Source: an uncultured bacterium
Lineage (GTDB): Bacteria; RBG-13-66-14; B26-G2; WVWN01
Assembly (NCBI GenBank): GCA_964631855.1
Contig: CAZWAM010000004.1
Span: 3,508-61,276 of the forward strand
Direction of reading: 5' to 3'
Length of the DNA stretch: 57,769 nt
In this document: piece after piece, positions 8,386-17,213 of the stretch
How the letters are laid out: each line of letters begins with the position of its first letter
Numbering within the stretch: the stretch's first letter is position 1
Program-made: the position numbers and the translations under genes
Notes under the pieces: model-generated
Seen by the model: the letters and a program-made list of their open reading frames with translations, nothing else
The model's database searches: none
Told to the model about the DNA's origin: nothing

Positions 8386-10363
8386 GCCCTTCGCAACCAT
8401 GCCCTCGAGCGACGAAAAATTGGGCGAAAGGCCGCGGGTACTGGTGACGGGTGCCGCGGGCTTCATCGGCTCGAGCCTCGTGGACGAGCTTCTCGCGCGC
8501 GAATACGAGGTTATAGGCGTCGACAATTTCCTCGGAAATTACCCCCGCGACGTAAAACTATCCTATCTAAACGCGGCCCTCGCCCACGCCGGCTTCACCT
8601 TCCGCGAGTTGGACCTCGCCGAAGACGAGCTGGACGAGCTCGTCGCGGGCGTCGACGCGGTATTTCACCTCGCCGCCCGGCCGGGGGTGCGCGAATCCTG
8701 GGGCCGACATTACGAGGAATACTTAACCCACAACGTCCTCGCGACGCAGCGCCTGTTGGAGGCGCTCCGCGCGCGGCCCGAGGTCCCGCTAGTCTTCGCC
8801 TCCTCGAGCTCGGTCTACGGCGACGCGACGCGGCTCCCGGTGAGCGAGGACGCGACGCCGACGCCGGTCTCGCCGTACGGCGCGACGAAGCTCGCCGCGG
8901 AGGACCTGGTCCACTTGTACGTCGGAAGCTACGGCCTTAAAGCAACGATATTGCGCTACTTCACGGTATACGGCCCGCGGCAACGACCCGACATGGCCAT
9001 CTACAAGTTTATCCGGGCGATCCTCGCGGGCGAGGCCATCGCGCTGTACGGTGGCGGGGAGGAACGGCGCGACTTCACGTACGTGGGCGAAGCGGTGAAG
9101 GCCACGGCGGACGTGCTGGCGCGGGGCATTACGTCGGGGACGTACAACGTTGCCTCCGGGAAAACGGTCTCGTTACTCGAGCTGACCGCGGCCCTCGAAA
9201 AAGTCCTGGGGAAAAAGGCGAAAGTCGCGCGCGAGCCGCACCAACGCGGCGACGTACGCGCGACGCACGCCGACATCACCGCGCTCCGGAAGGCCATAGC
9301 GTACGAGCCGGCCACGCCCCTCGAGGAAGGGCTCGCGGCGCAGGCGGCGTGGATGACGGACCGGCCCGCGGCGAGTGCGGCCGGGGTCCGACCGAGGGTT
9401 CGGCGGCGCGCGGTGTACGCCGCCAAGTTGTCCGCGGTAATCGTCAACTATAACGCCGGCCACGTCATACATAAATGCATCGAATCCTGTTGGAAAAACC
9501 CGCCCGCCGACGGCGAAATGGAAATAATCGTTGTGGACAACGCCTCGGCCGACGGCTCGGCGCAATCGCTCGCCGTCCGGGACGATATTATCTTAATCCG
9601 CAACCGCCAGAACCTGGGCTACGCCGCGGCCAACAACCAAGGCCTCGCCTGCGCCCGGGGAGAATACTTCATATTGCTCAACCCGGACGTAGAGGTAGGC
9701 CCCGGTATCTTCGACGCGTTGATAAATTTCCTGGACGAGAATCCGGAGGCCGGCATCGTAGGTCCCGCGCTCGTAGAGCCCACGGGCCGCCTCCAGGAAT
9801 CGTACCGCCGCTTCCCCAACCTGCTACATCTCCTCGGGAGCCGGCGCTCGCCCATCTACCGCCTTTGGCCCCGCAATCCTATCTCGCGCCAGGGTTTCTA
9901 CCGCGACCTCGAGCTCGGCGGCCCCGTAAGGGTGGACTTCATCGCGGGCGCGGCGATGATGTTCAAACGAGAACTCGTCGAATTGATAGGGCCGATGGAC
10001 GCCAAGTATTTCTTGTACGTCGAGGACGCCGATTTCAGCCGACGGGCGCGCGACGCCGGCCATTACACTTATTTACTGCCCAACCTCACCGTACTCCACC
10101 ACCGGGGCGAATCGGCGGCCCTGCATCCCTACCGCATAGTGTTTATTCACCACATCTCGATGATGCGCTACTTGAGAACACACCAGCCGTTGCAGTTCGC
10201 CTTGTATCTGCTGCTATTGCCCGCCGTGGGCGTACACATCCTGTTCGAGCTGGCGTACGCGTGGCGTGGGACGCGCCGCCGGAAGAAGCAACTCGCCGCC
10301 CGGCAAAAAGACGCGGGCGGAAGCGCGGCGGAGAAGCTCGAGGAGATTTCGCCCGCGGCTTAG
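8384..10363 (+). CDS. Fusion protein: N-terminal NAD-dependent sugar epimerase/dehydratase (extended SDR) plus C-terminal family-2 glycosyltransferase
   Basis: A single 659-aa ORF; the probable start is ATG 8399. N-terminal half: VTGAAGFIGS (Rossmann motif) and SPYGATKLAAE (YxxxK). After the linker ...RPAASAAGVRPRVRRRAVYAAK comes LSAVIVNYNAGHV...IVVDNASADGS...LNPDVEV...YVEDADFSRRA, a GT2 of WbbL-like type. Confidence 0.8.
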   Translation: MPFATMPSSDEKLGERPRVLVTGAAGFIGSSLVDELLAREYEVIGVDNFLGNYPRDVKLSYLNAALAHAGFTFRELDLAEDELDELVAGVDAVFHLAARPGVRESWGRHYEEYLTHNVLATQRLLEALRARPEVPLVFASSSSVYGDATRLPVSEDATPTPVSPYGATKLAAEDLVHLYVGSYGLKATILRYFTVYGPRQRPDMAIYKFIRAILAGEAIALYGGGEERRDFTYVGEAVKATADVLARGITSGTYNVASGKTVSLLELTAALEKVLGKKAKVAREPHQRGDVRATHADITALRKAIAYEPATPLEEGLAAQAAWMTDRPAASAAGVRPRVRRRAVYAAKLSAVIVNYNAGHVIHKCIESCWKNPPADGEMEIIVVDNASADGSAQSLAVRDDIILIRNRQNLGYAAANNQGLACARGEYFILLNPDVEVGPGIFDALINFLDENPEAGIVGPALVEPTGRLQESYRRFPNLLHLLGSRRSPIYRLWPRNPISRQGFYRDLELGGPVRVDFIAGAAMMFKRELVELIGPMDAKYFLYVEDADFSRRARDAGHYTYLLPNLTVLHHRGESAALHPYRIVFIHHISMMRYLRTHQPLQFALYLLLLPAVGVHILFELAYAWRGTRRRKKQLAARQKDAGGSAAEKLEEISPAA

Positions 10364-10381
10364 AGAGCCGCAGGCGATGAT

Positions 10382-11674
10382 ATGAGAGCCGGGAGGGGAA
10401 CCGAGGTACGCAGGTTTTCCAGGGCCCTTTTCGCAATCGCCGCCGCGGCGGCAGCGCACGCGGCCTCGGCCGGCGCCGCCTATTTGCTCGTCCCGATGGA
10501 CGACGCGCAGGCGGACCACCTCCGCGCCTACGGCGTCTGCTACGCGGCCCTGCTCGAAGGGGCCCGCGCGGAATGGCTCCTCAATTTCCGCGGCGGGTCC
10601 TTTCTTATTGAAGACTTCGAGGGGCTGCCGGAAATGTGCCGGGAGCGGGGCGTCACCGCGGAATACGTCGCCGACCCGGGCTCGATTTACGCCGTAATCG
10701 AGGCGAACAACATGGAGGCGGTGCCCCTCACCAAGGCGCCCCGCGTCGCGCTATACGCGCCGTCCAACGAGGAGATGTGGGACGACGCGGTGATGCTCGC
10801 GCTCGACTACGCCGAGATCCCGTACGACGTGATTTGGAACGACGTGGTTCTGACGGGGGGCCTTTACGAGTACGACTGGCTCCACCTGCACCACGAGGAC
10901 TTCACGGGGCAATTCGGGAAATTCTACGGCTCGTTCGCCGGGACGCCGTGGTACGAGATGACGGTAGCGCAGTACGAGGCGGAGGCGAAAGCCGCCGGGT
11001 ACGCCTCGGTCGCCGCGTACTTGGGCGACGCGGCGGAAGCTATCGAGCGCTACGTCGCGAGCGGCGGCTTCCTCTTCGCGATGTGCGCGGCCGCCGATAC
11101 CCTCGATATTGCGCTGGCGGCCCGCGGCCTGGACGTCGTCGCCGACGTCTTCGACGGCACCCCGGTCGACCCAAACGCAAACGAACTTCTCGACTACGCG
11201 CGGACGCTGGCCTTCACGGATTTCGAATTAATACCCAACCCCTACATATACGAATACTCCGATATCGATACGCCGCGTTCGAACTCCCCCGCGGTGGACC
11301 CGACGAACAAAGGCTCCTTCACGCTTTTCGAGTTCAGCGCCAAAGCCGACACCGTGCCCACCATCCTCACGCAAAACCACCGCAACCGGATAACCGAGTT
11401 TATGGGTCAAACCACGGCCTTCACCCGCAAAACGTTGAAGAAGCGACTCGTCGTGCTCGCGACGGTGGACGGCTACGAGGAGGCGAAGTACGTCTACGGG
11501 AATCACGGCGAGGGTTTCTTCTCCTTCCTCGCCGGCCACGACCCGGAGGATTTTCAGCACTTCGTCGGCGAGCTGCCCACGGACCTTCGCTTCCACAAAA
11601 ACTCGCCCGGCTACCGCCTTATCCTAAACAACATCCTCTTCCCGGCGGCGCAGCGCGAAGAACTAAAAACGTAG
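10382..11674 (+). CDS. Secreted conserved protein of unknown function
   Basis: 430 aa with a signal peptide (FAIAAAAAAHAASAGA). Conserved-looking blocks include YDWLHLHHEDFTGQFGKFYGSF, GGFLFAMCAAADTLDIALAA, FMGQTTAF and SPGYRLILNNILFPAA. From memory this resembles a Bacteroidota family often labelled 'asparagine synthetase B'; I have not verified that. Confidence 0.6.
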   Translation: MRAGRGTEVRRFSRALFAIAAAAAAHAASAGAAYLLVPMDDAQADHLRAYGVCYAALLEGARAEWLLNFRGGSFLIEDFEGLPEMCRERGVTAEYVADPGSIYAVIEANNMEAVPLTKAPRVALYAPSNEEMWDDAVMLALDYAEIPYDVIWNDVVLTGGLYEYDWLHLHHEDFTGQFGKFYGSFAGTPWYEMTVAQYEAEAKAAGYASVAAYLGDAAEAIERYVASGGFLFAMCAAADTLDIALAARGLDVVADVFDGTPVDPNANELLDYARTLAFTDFELIPNPYIYEYSDIDTPRSNSPAVDPTNKGSFTLFEFSAKADTVPTILTQNHRNRITEFMGQTTAFTRKTLKKRLVVLATVDGYEEAKYVYGNHGEGFFSFLAGHDPEDFQHFVGELPTDLRFHKNSPGYRLILNNILFPAAQREELKT

Positions 11675-11746
11675 CCGCGTAGCGCACGACGCGTTTACCT
11701 CGGGCGTTGTGGCCGGCCGGCCTCGCGCCTTCGCAACGGCGCGCCG

Positions 11747-12985
11747 TCAGTAGCCGAACAGCCTCGTCCGCTGCGCCACCCACTCCCGCCGCAACTTCAC
11801 GTTCAGGATTAAACCGATCGCGATAAACGACGATATCGTCGCCGTGCCGCCGTATGACACAAAGGGGAGCGGCAGGCCGGTAACGGGGACGAGGCCTACG
11901 GCCATCGCCGCGTTTACCGCGAACTGAGTGAAGAAGAGCGTGCCGAGGCCGAACGCGAGCACGCCTCCCCGTCGGTCGCCGGCGCGATAGGCGATCAGGA
12001 ACGAGCGGAAAACGACGACCGCGAACAATATCACGACCAGCAGGCATCCGGCGAAGCCGAACTCCTCGCCCCAGGCCGACAACACGAAGTCCGTGTGGCC
12101 CGCGGGAACGAACTCCAGGTGGACCTGGCTCCCCTCGAGAAAACCTTTGCCGAAAAGCCGGCCCGAGCCGAGCGCGATCTTCGCCTGGATGATGGAATAC
12201 CCGGCGCCGTGCGGGTCCGCGGTGGGCGATAGGAACGCCAGTATGCGCGCCTTTTGGTAACCTTTGAGCAGCCCCCAAAGTAAGGGGGTCGCGGCCCCGG
12301 CGAAGACGTTGACGCCGAAAAAGAACGCGCGCTCCCACCACGCCGTTCGCGCGATCAACGCGATTATAACCACCGCGCCGAGGAAGATGAGGAATGCGGT
12401 CAGCTGAAACGAAACGGCCAACGCCACGAGCGGCGATAACAACAACAACAAGTAAGGAAGCGGCGCGCCGGCCCAGTAAAGGGCGGCGAAGAGTAACGGC
12501 ACGAACACCGCGGCCGTGCCCAGGTCGGGCTCGAGCGCGATGAGCACCGCGGGAACCGCGGCCACCGCTATCGGCAGGACGAAATGGGGGAGACGCTCGA
12601 GCCGCCGGAAGACGTCGAGGACCAGCGCGAGCGTCAGGACCGTCGCGATCTTAGCGAGCTCGGAGGGTTGAAATTCGAAGAGCCCAAGCGAAAGCCATCT
12701 ACGGGGAGCGCCGCCGCGCGACACCGCTTCCGCGGCCAGGAGCACTAAAGCCACCACGACCAGCAGATAGACAGCCCAGGAAAATTTGACCACGGTCCGG
12801 TAAGGTACCGCGGCCGCGAGGGCGCACGCCCCCCATCCCAGGCCCACCCACAACAGCTGTTTCCAAAAAACGTCGCCCCCTTCTACCGCGGAATAAACCG
12901 CGACCAGCCCCACGAGGCTCAACGCGAAAGCTGCGACCAACAAAGGCAGGTCGACGCGTCGCCCTATCTCGCGAAAAGCCCCCAT
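11747..12985 (-). CDS. rodA: SEDS-family peptidoglycan glycosyltransferase RodA
   Basis: Polytopic membrane protein with ...HTDFVLSAWGEEFGFAG... and ...TGLPLPFVSYGGTA... The ORF track starts at 13159. I prefer ATG 12985 (MGAFREIGRRVDLPLL), which overlaps the mrdA stop as TAATG. Confidence 0.85.
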   Translation of the reverse strand: MGAFREIGRRVDLPLLVAAFALSLVGLVAVYSAVEGGDVFWKQLLWVGLGWGACALAAAVPYRTVVKFSWAVYLLVVVALVLLAAEAVSRGGAPRRWLSLGLFEFQPSELAKIATVLTLALVLDVFRRLERLPHFVLPIAVAAVPAVLIALEPDLGTAAVFVPLLFAALYWAGAPLPYLLLLLSPLVALAVSFQLTAFLIFLGAVVIIALIARTAWWERAFFFGVNVFAGAATPLLWGLLKGYQKARILAFLSPTADPHGAGYSIIQAKIALGSGRLFGKGFLEGSQVHLEFVPAGHTDFVLSAWGEEFGFAGCLLVVILFAVVVFRSFLIAYRAGDRRGGVLAFGLGTLFFTQFAVNAAMAVGLVPVTGLPLPFVSYGGTATISSFIAIGLILNVKLRREWVAQRTRLFGY

Positions 12986-14808
12986 TAGCGGGAGGCCGCC
13001 TCCACGGACGCGTTCTTCGCCATGTCGGCGGGAGTCACGCCGGCGGGAGGCGCCGGCCACGCCGCTTCGCCGATAATATTCTCGCGGCAATAACCGACTA
13101 TCTCCTTGGCCCGTTTTATGTAAGATTCGCCGTACCCGCCGTTCTCTATGAGGATGCACACCGCGACCCTGGGCCGGTAGGCCGGCGCGAAGCCGGTAAA
13201 CCAGGCGTGGGTATCGCCGAAGGGGTTTTCCGCGGACCCGGTTTTCCCGGCCAGATAATGAGCGTTTACGCCGAGACGGTTAACCACGCCGATAAGGCCG
13301 CGGAGAATGGCCTCCCGGGACGCGGGCTTGAGGTCGATCACGCCGCGGACATGAGGGGGGGAAGTCGCGCGCACGACGCCGTCGCAATCCACGACCCGGC
13401 TCACCAGCCGCGGTCGGTAGATACGGCCGCCGTTCGCGAACGCGCTAAAAGCCACCAACTCCTGTATCGGCGTAAGGAGAACCTGGCCCTGGCCGATGGA
13501 GTTGTTGACGACCTCGCCGCGGGGCCACTTCTCGCCCCACTTGCGCTCGAGGAGTTCGCGGCTCGGTATAAGGCCGGGATTCTCGTGGGGGAGGGGGATG
13601 CCCGTAGGCGAACCGTAACCGTACGCGAGCGCGTACTTGTTCAGGTTGTCGATGCCGACGCGCAGGCCGACCTGGTAGAAGAAGACGTTGCAAGAATTCC
13701 TCAAGCCTCCGGCGACGTCGAGCGGCCCGTGGCCGGAACGATTCCAACAGTGGAACACCCAGCGCCCGTAACGGAACGCGCCGGAGCAGGGTCGGGGCAT
13801 ATTCTCCTCCGGTCCAACCAACCCCTCTTCCAACCCCGCGGTAGCGGTAATTAATTTGAAAGTGGAACCCGCGGGATAGGAACACTGGATGGCGCGGTTG
13901 AGCAGGGGGTGGTCGGGCGCATCGGCGTACGCGGCCCACTTGGCCGCGGAAATGCGGCCCGCGAAGTCGTTGGGGTCGAACGTGGGCGAGGAGGCGAGGG
14001 CCCAGACGTCGCCGTTCGTAACATCCATTACGATTATGGCGCCCCGGCGCCCACCCAAAAAACCCTCGACCAGGCGCTGGAGGCCCACATCCAGCGTAAG
14101 GTGCAGGTCGTACCCGGCGCACGGCGGCGTAACCTCCTCGGCATATTTTAGGCCGAGTTTCTTCTCGAGCGCGTTAACCTCGACGGTCTCAAAGCCGTCG
14201 CGGCCGCGTAAGTACTCCTCAAAAGCGTATTCTAAGCCGGCGCACCCCACGGTATCCCCCAAATTATACCCGCGGGGCCTCAGCGCCGCGAGGCGCTCGG
14301 GCCCTATCTCGCCCACGTAGCCCAACAGGTGGCCGGCCAAGGCGCCGTGCGGATAGTAACGCACCGGCCTCGAGACGACCGTCATCTCCGGGTAACGCGC
14401 CCGCACCTCCTCGAAAGCGAAAATCTCCTCGGCCGTAAGGCCGACGGCGACCTCCGACGGCTCGTACGGGAACTCGCGATTCCTCTCGATGGTAGCCGCC
14501 AAGGCTTCGGGGGTAGTTCGCAGGTAGGCGGCGGACCGCTCGAGCGCGGCCGCGGGCACGGCTTCCGCCGTCGGCAGCATCCAGAGTATCGCGTACGAAG
14601 GTTCGCTACGTGCGAGAACGCAACCGTTGCGGTCGTATATCCTACCCCGGGGCGCGCGCACGGGGATGCGGCGCAGCCGATTTTGCTGGCTGAGGGTGTA
14701 GAAGTCGTCGCCGGAGGCGAGCTGAAGGTCGGCTACCCGGAACGTGAGGGTCCCGAAAATCGCCGTGGCGAAAAACGCCACTATTATAAACCGCGCCTTA
14801 GGCGCCAT
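12985..14808 (-). CDS. mrdA: Penicillin-binding protein 2 (elongation transpeptidase)
   Basis: 607 aa with an N-terminal TM anchor. Motifs AGSTFK (SxxK), SCN and KTGS/KTGT-like (AGKTGSAE). Confidence 0.9.
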   Translation of the reverse strand: MAPKARFIIVAFFATAIFGTLTFRVADLQLASGDDFYTLSQQNRLRRIPVRAPRGRIYDRNGCVLARSEPSYAILWMLPTAEAVPAAALERSAAYLRTTPEALAATIERNREFPYEPSEVAVGLTAEEIFAFEEVRARYPEMTVVSRPVRYYPHGALAGHLLGYVGEIGPERLAALRPRGYNLGDTVGCAGLEYAFEEYLRGRDGFETVEVNALEKKLGLKYAEEVTPPCAGYDLHLTLDVGLQRLVEGFLGGRRGAIIVMDVTNGDVWALASSPTFDPNDFAGRISAAKWAAYADAPDHPLLNRAIQCSYPAGSTFKLITATAGLEEGLVGPEENMPRPCSGAFRYGRWVFHCWNRSGHGPLDVAGGLRNSCNVFFYQVGLRVGIDNLNKYALAYGYGSPTGIPLPHENPGLIPSRELLERKWGEKWPRGEVVNNSIGQGQVLLTPIQELVAFSAFANGGRIYRPRLVSRVVDCDGVVRATSPPHVRGVIDLKPASREAILRGLIGVVNRLGVNAHYLAGKTGSAENPFGDTHAWFTGFAPAYRPRVAVCILIENGGYGESYIKRAKEIVGYCRENIIGEAAWPAPPAGVTPADMAKNASVEAASR

Positions 14809-15727
14809 CGCCCCGAGCCCCCGCGCCGGCCGGCTCGACCGCCGCTACGGCCATCAGGCGGCCGGCCGCCTTGCCGTCCCGCCGCGCCGAAATAAAAAGC
14901 TCGGCCTCGCAAGAAGTGCACGTCGCGACGCGATAAATATTTTCGGGAAGCACGCCCGCCTCTTGCGCCGCGAGCTCGTTCGCACGGTGCAGCTCGAGCC
15001 GGCGAACGCCCCCCTCTTCAATTAAAACCTGGCCCGCTTTCTTGCCGAAGGCGGCCGCCACCGCCCGGGCGACGTCGTCGCCAACGTCGTAACAACACGG
15101 CCCAACGCCGGGCCCGAGAAAGACGACGACCTCCTCCGGGCGAACTTGCCAATAGGCCTCGAGGCGGGACACTCCCGCCGCGGCTATTTTCCCAAGGGTT
15201 CCCCGCCACCCGGCGTGCAAAAGCGCGAGCGCCCGCGCGCGCGCCGCCCACAATACGATGGGAACGCAGTCCGCCGTGAACACCGCGAGCGGCGCGTCGA
15301 CGAGGTCCGTCGCGAGGCCGTCGCACGCGCCGAGCCACCGCCGCTCCGCGACGGCAACGCGGCATATCGCCGTGCCGTGTACCTGGCGACAGCTCGAGAG
15401 GCGGCCGTACGGAAAGCCGACCGTCGCGCAAAGGCGCGCGACGTATTCCTCGTTTATGCGGCCGTCTTCGTCCAAAACCGGGCCCTCGAACCCGGCCGCG
15501 GGGCCTTCCTCAAGCGTCTTCTTAGTCGCGAAGGCCGCGGCAACACCCTCGAAGGCCGCTACCTTGTCGAGCCACAGCGCGCCTCCCGGCCCGAGCAGCT
15601 CAGCCGGCGCGTATTCGTTTTCGACGTTCACCGAAATCTCCTCACGCCCGGTAGATACGGCGTTCGGCCGTCGAGAAGAAACCAAGCCACCTCGGGTCTT
15701 TGGCGGCCTCCGCGGCCATATCGGCAA
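14798..15727 (-). CDS. pgeF: YfiH/PgeF family (peptidoglycan editing factor / laccase-domain protein)
   Basis: ...CRQVHG...TADCVPIVL...LHAGWRG...GPCCYDVG...TCTSC...FISARRDG... is the DUF152 pattern. The N-terminal 30-40 aa of the ORF are probably not translated. Overlaps the mrdA start by 11 nt. Confidence 0.8.
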   Translation of the reverse strand: MPIWPRRPPKTRGGLVSSRRPNAVSTGREEISVNVENEYAPAELLGPGGALWLDKVAAFEGVAAAFATKKTLEEGPAAGFEGPVLDEDGRINEEYVARLCATVGFPYGRLSSCRQVHGTAICRVAVAERRWLGACDGLATDLVDAPLAVFTADCVPIVLWAARARALALLHAGWRGTLGKIAAAGVSRLEAYWQVRPEEVVVFLGPGVGPCCYDVGDDVARAVAAAFGKKAGQVLIEEGGVRRLELHRANELAAQEAGVLPENIYRVATCTSCEAELFISARRDGKAAGRLMAVAAVEPAGAGARGDGA

Positions 15728-16253
15728 CGTTCGCCACTTTTTTATTCTAACATAAATTGCCGGTTAAAATTAACCGACCGAAAAGCTCGCCTTAGCGCGT
15801 ACATTTATAACCCCATTTTAAATAAAAAACGCCCCTCGCGCCCGCGTCTACGGCCCGGGCGCGAGCCGCGCGCTCGGCGACAAATGGGCGCTGGCGTTCG
15901 GGCCCCGCGTTACCTTCCTTTTCGACAACCCGGTAGAGAGTTACCAAATCCACGCTATACCGTTACAGGCCGATTATCGAAGGGCCGGTCGCGGCACCAT
16001 CCTCGTCGACCTAATGATAGGGTTTAATTACTACCTATAAACGCTACCGTTCTACTAATCGTTGGCAGCCCGCGAGGGCCGCTTTTTATTGCAAACGCCT
16101 TTTCGGACCCGCCGGCGGCCGCGACATTTAACTAAGCTCGTTTGACGCAGTAAAATTAACCCCACCAATAATAAAAACCACAAGGCGGTTTAAGGCGAAC
16201 AACGTGCAACAACGGACGCGGCCCCGTTACAAATAATCGTACAGACAAAATAA

Positions 16254-16282
16254 TTGACAAAACGGCCGGGCCCAAGTAAAAT
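16254..16282 (+). promoter_or_regulatory. Sigma70-like promoter for the small OMP gene
   Basis: TTGACA (16254-16259), 17-nt spacer, TAAAAT (16277-16282). A GGGAGG Shine-Dalgarno (SD) sequence at about 16320 precedes ATG 16333. Confidence 0.5.
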
Positions 16283-16332
16283 TAATAAGGTACTAAATCG
16301 CAACCAACAAACAACGATCGGGAGGTTACGGA

Positions 16333-16947
16333 ATGGGGAAAATAACCGGTATCGCAGTATTGGCCTTGGTTACCTTAGCCGCGGCGGCGTCGGCGTTGGA
16401 CGTAGGCGTCGGCGCCTTCTACGCGCCGGCCCGGGTCGTTGGCGAAGTAACGGAAATGGGCGAATACAGCGGCAAGGAGTTTAGCAAAGGGGGCTTTAAA
16501 GGCCGCGTATCCGTAGGTGTTTACGAGGGCCTTAACGTCGCCGTAGGCTTCGGTTACAACAACCTAAGCTACCGCGAAGAGCCGATCACATTCCCGGAAA
16601 TAGGGTACGTTACTTCAATACCGACATATATTACCACCTTAGGCGCCGACTACGCCTTCCGTCTCGGGCCCCTTAGGCCCTACGCCGGCGGCGGCGCCGC
16701 GATAGCGCGCGAGTCCGTGGAAGGTTTCCGTTATACAATTACCGATTGGTACGGCGGCCTGTACGTCGAAGGCGGCGCGCGCTACTTCCTCATAGACGGC
16801 CTGGCGGTGGAGGCCGGGCCGCGCTACACTCTCCTCTTTGACGAGCCGGTCGTTTACTACGACGGTTTAATTAAACACGACTTCGTGAGGGCCGAGCACC
16901 GAACCCAGTTAATAGAGTTGCTATTCGGGATCAACTACTACTTCTGA
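16333..16947 (+). CDS. Small outer-membrane beta-barrel protein (OmpW/OmpA-beta-barrel-like)
   Basis: 204 aa. Signal peptide (AVLALVTLAAAASA), alternating amphipathic strands with aromatic girdles, C-terminal ...GINYYF (terminal Phe). Confidence 0.7.
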   Translation: MGKITGIAVLALVTLAAAASALDVGVGAFYAPARVVGEVTEMGEYSGKEFSKGGFKGRVSVGVYEGLNVAVGFGYNNLSYREEPITFPEIGYVTSIPTYITTLGADYAFRLGPLRPYAGGGAAIARESVEGFRYTITDWYGGLYVEGGARYFLIDGLAVEAGPRYTLLFDEPVVYYDGLIKHDFVRAEHRTQLIELLFGINYYF

Positions 16948-16973
16948 ACCGATATTCTTACCCCGTAATAGAA

Positions 16974-16996
16974 GCGGCCCGGGAGGGCCGCTTTTT
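16974..16996 (+). terminator. Intrinsic terminator
   Basis: gcggccc (16974-16980), loop ggga, gggccgc (16985-16991), ttttt (16992-16996). Confidence 0.7.
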
Positions 16997-17064
16997 CGCC
17001 GGCTTAGGGCCGCGGCGGGCCGGCACCGATATCCCAAATTTATTCAAAATAAGTGTAAAAACAC

Positions 17065-17093
17065 TTGACAAAGGTACGTCTAATTTCTATACT
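17065..17093 (+). promoter_or_regulatory. Sigma70-like promoter driving the tRNA
   Basis: TTGACA (17065-17070), 17-nt spacer, TATACT (17088-17093). The tRNA 5' end is at 17104. Confidence 0.6.
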
Positions 17094-17103
17094 TAGGATA
17101 AAC

Positions 17104-17176
17104 GGGCCCATAGCTCAGTGGCTAGAGCCACCGGCTCATAACCGGTCGGTCCCAGGTTCGAATCCTGGTGGGCCCA
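17104..17176 (+). tRNA. tRNA with anticodon CAT (elongator Met, or Ile2 after lysidine modification); CCA not encoded
   Basis: Hand-folded cloverleaf. Acceptor GGGCCCA/TGGGCCC, D arm GCTC-AGTGGCTA-GAGC, anticodon arm ACCGG-CTCATAA-CCGGT (CAT at 17137-17139), variable loop CGGTC, T arm CCAGG-TTCGAAT-CCTGG, discriminator A. Confidence 0.9.
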
Positions 17177-17213
17177 TAGTGTTAACTTAAGCCCGAGCGG
17201 GCGTTCGTGCGAG

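Noticed and set aside
15146-16027. 293-aa plus-strand ORF running from inside pgeF into the non-coding gap
   Set aside because: It is mostly antisense to pgeF, Arg-rich, and has no SD sequence or motifs.
17040-17200. tRNA as a possible integration hotspot or genomic-island border
   Set aside because: No integrase, direct repeat of the tRNA 3' end, or compositional break is visible on either side within the window.
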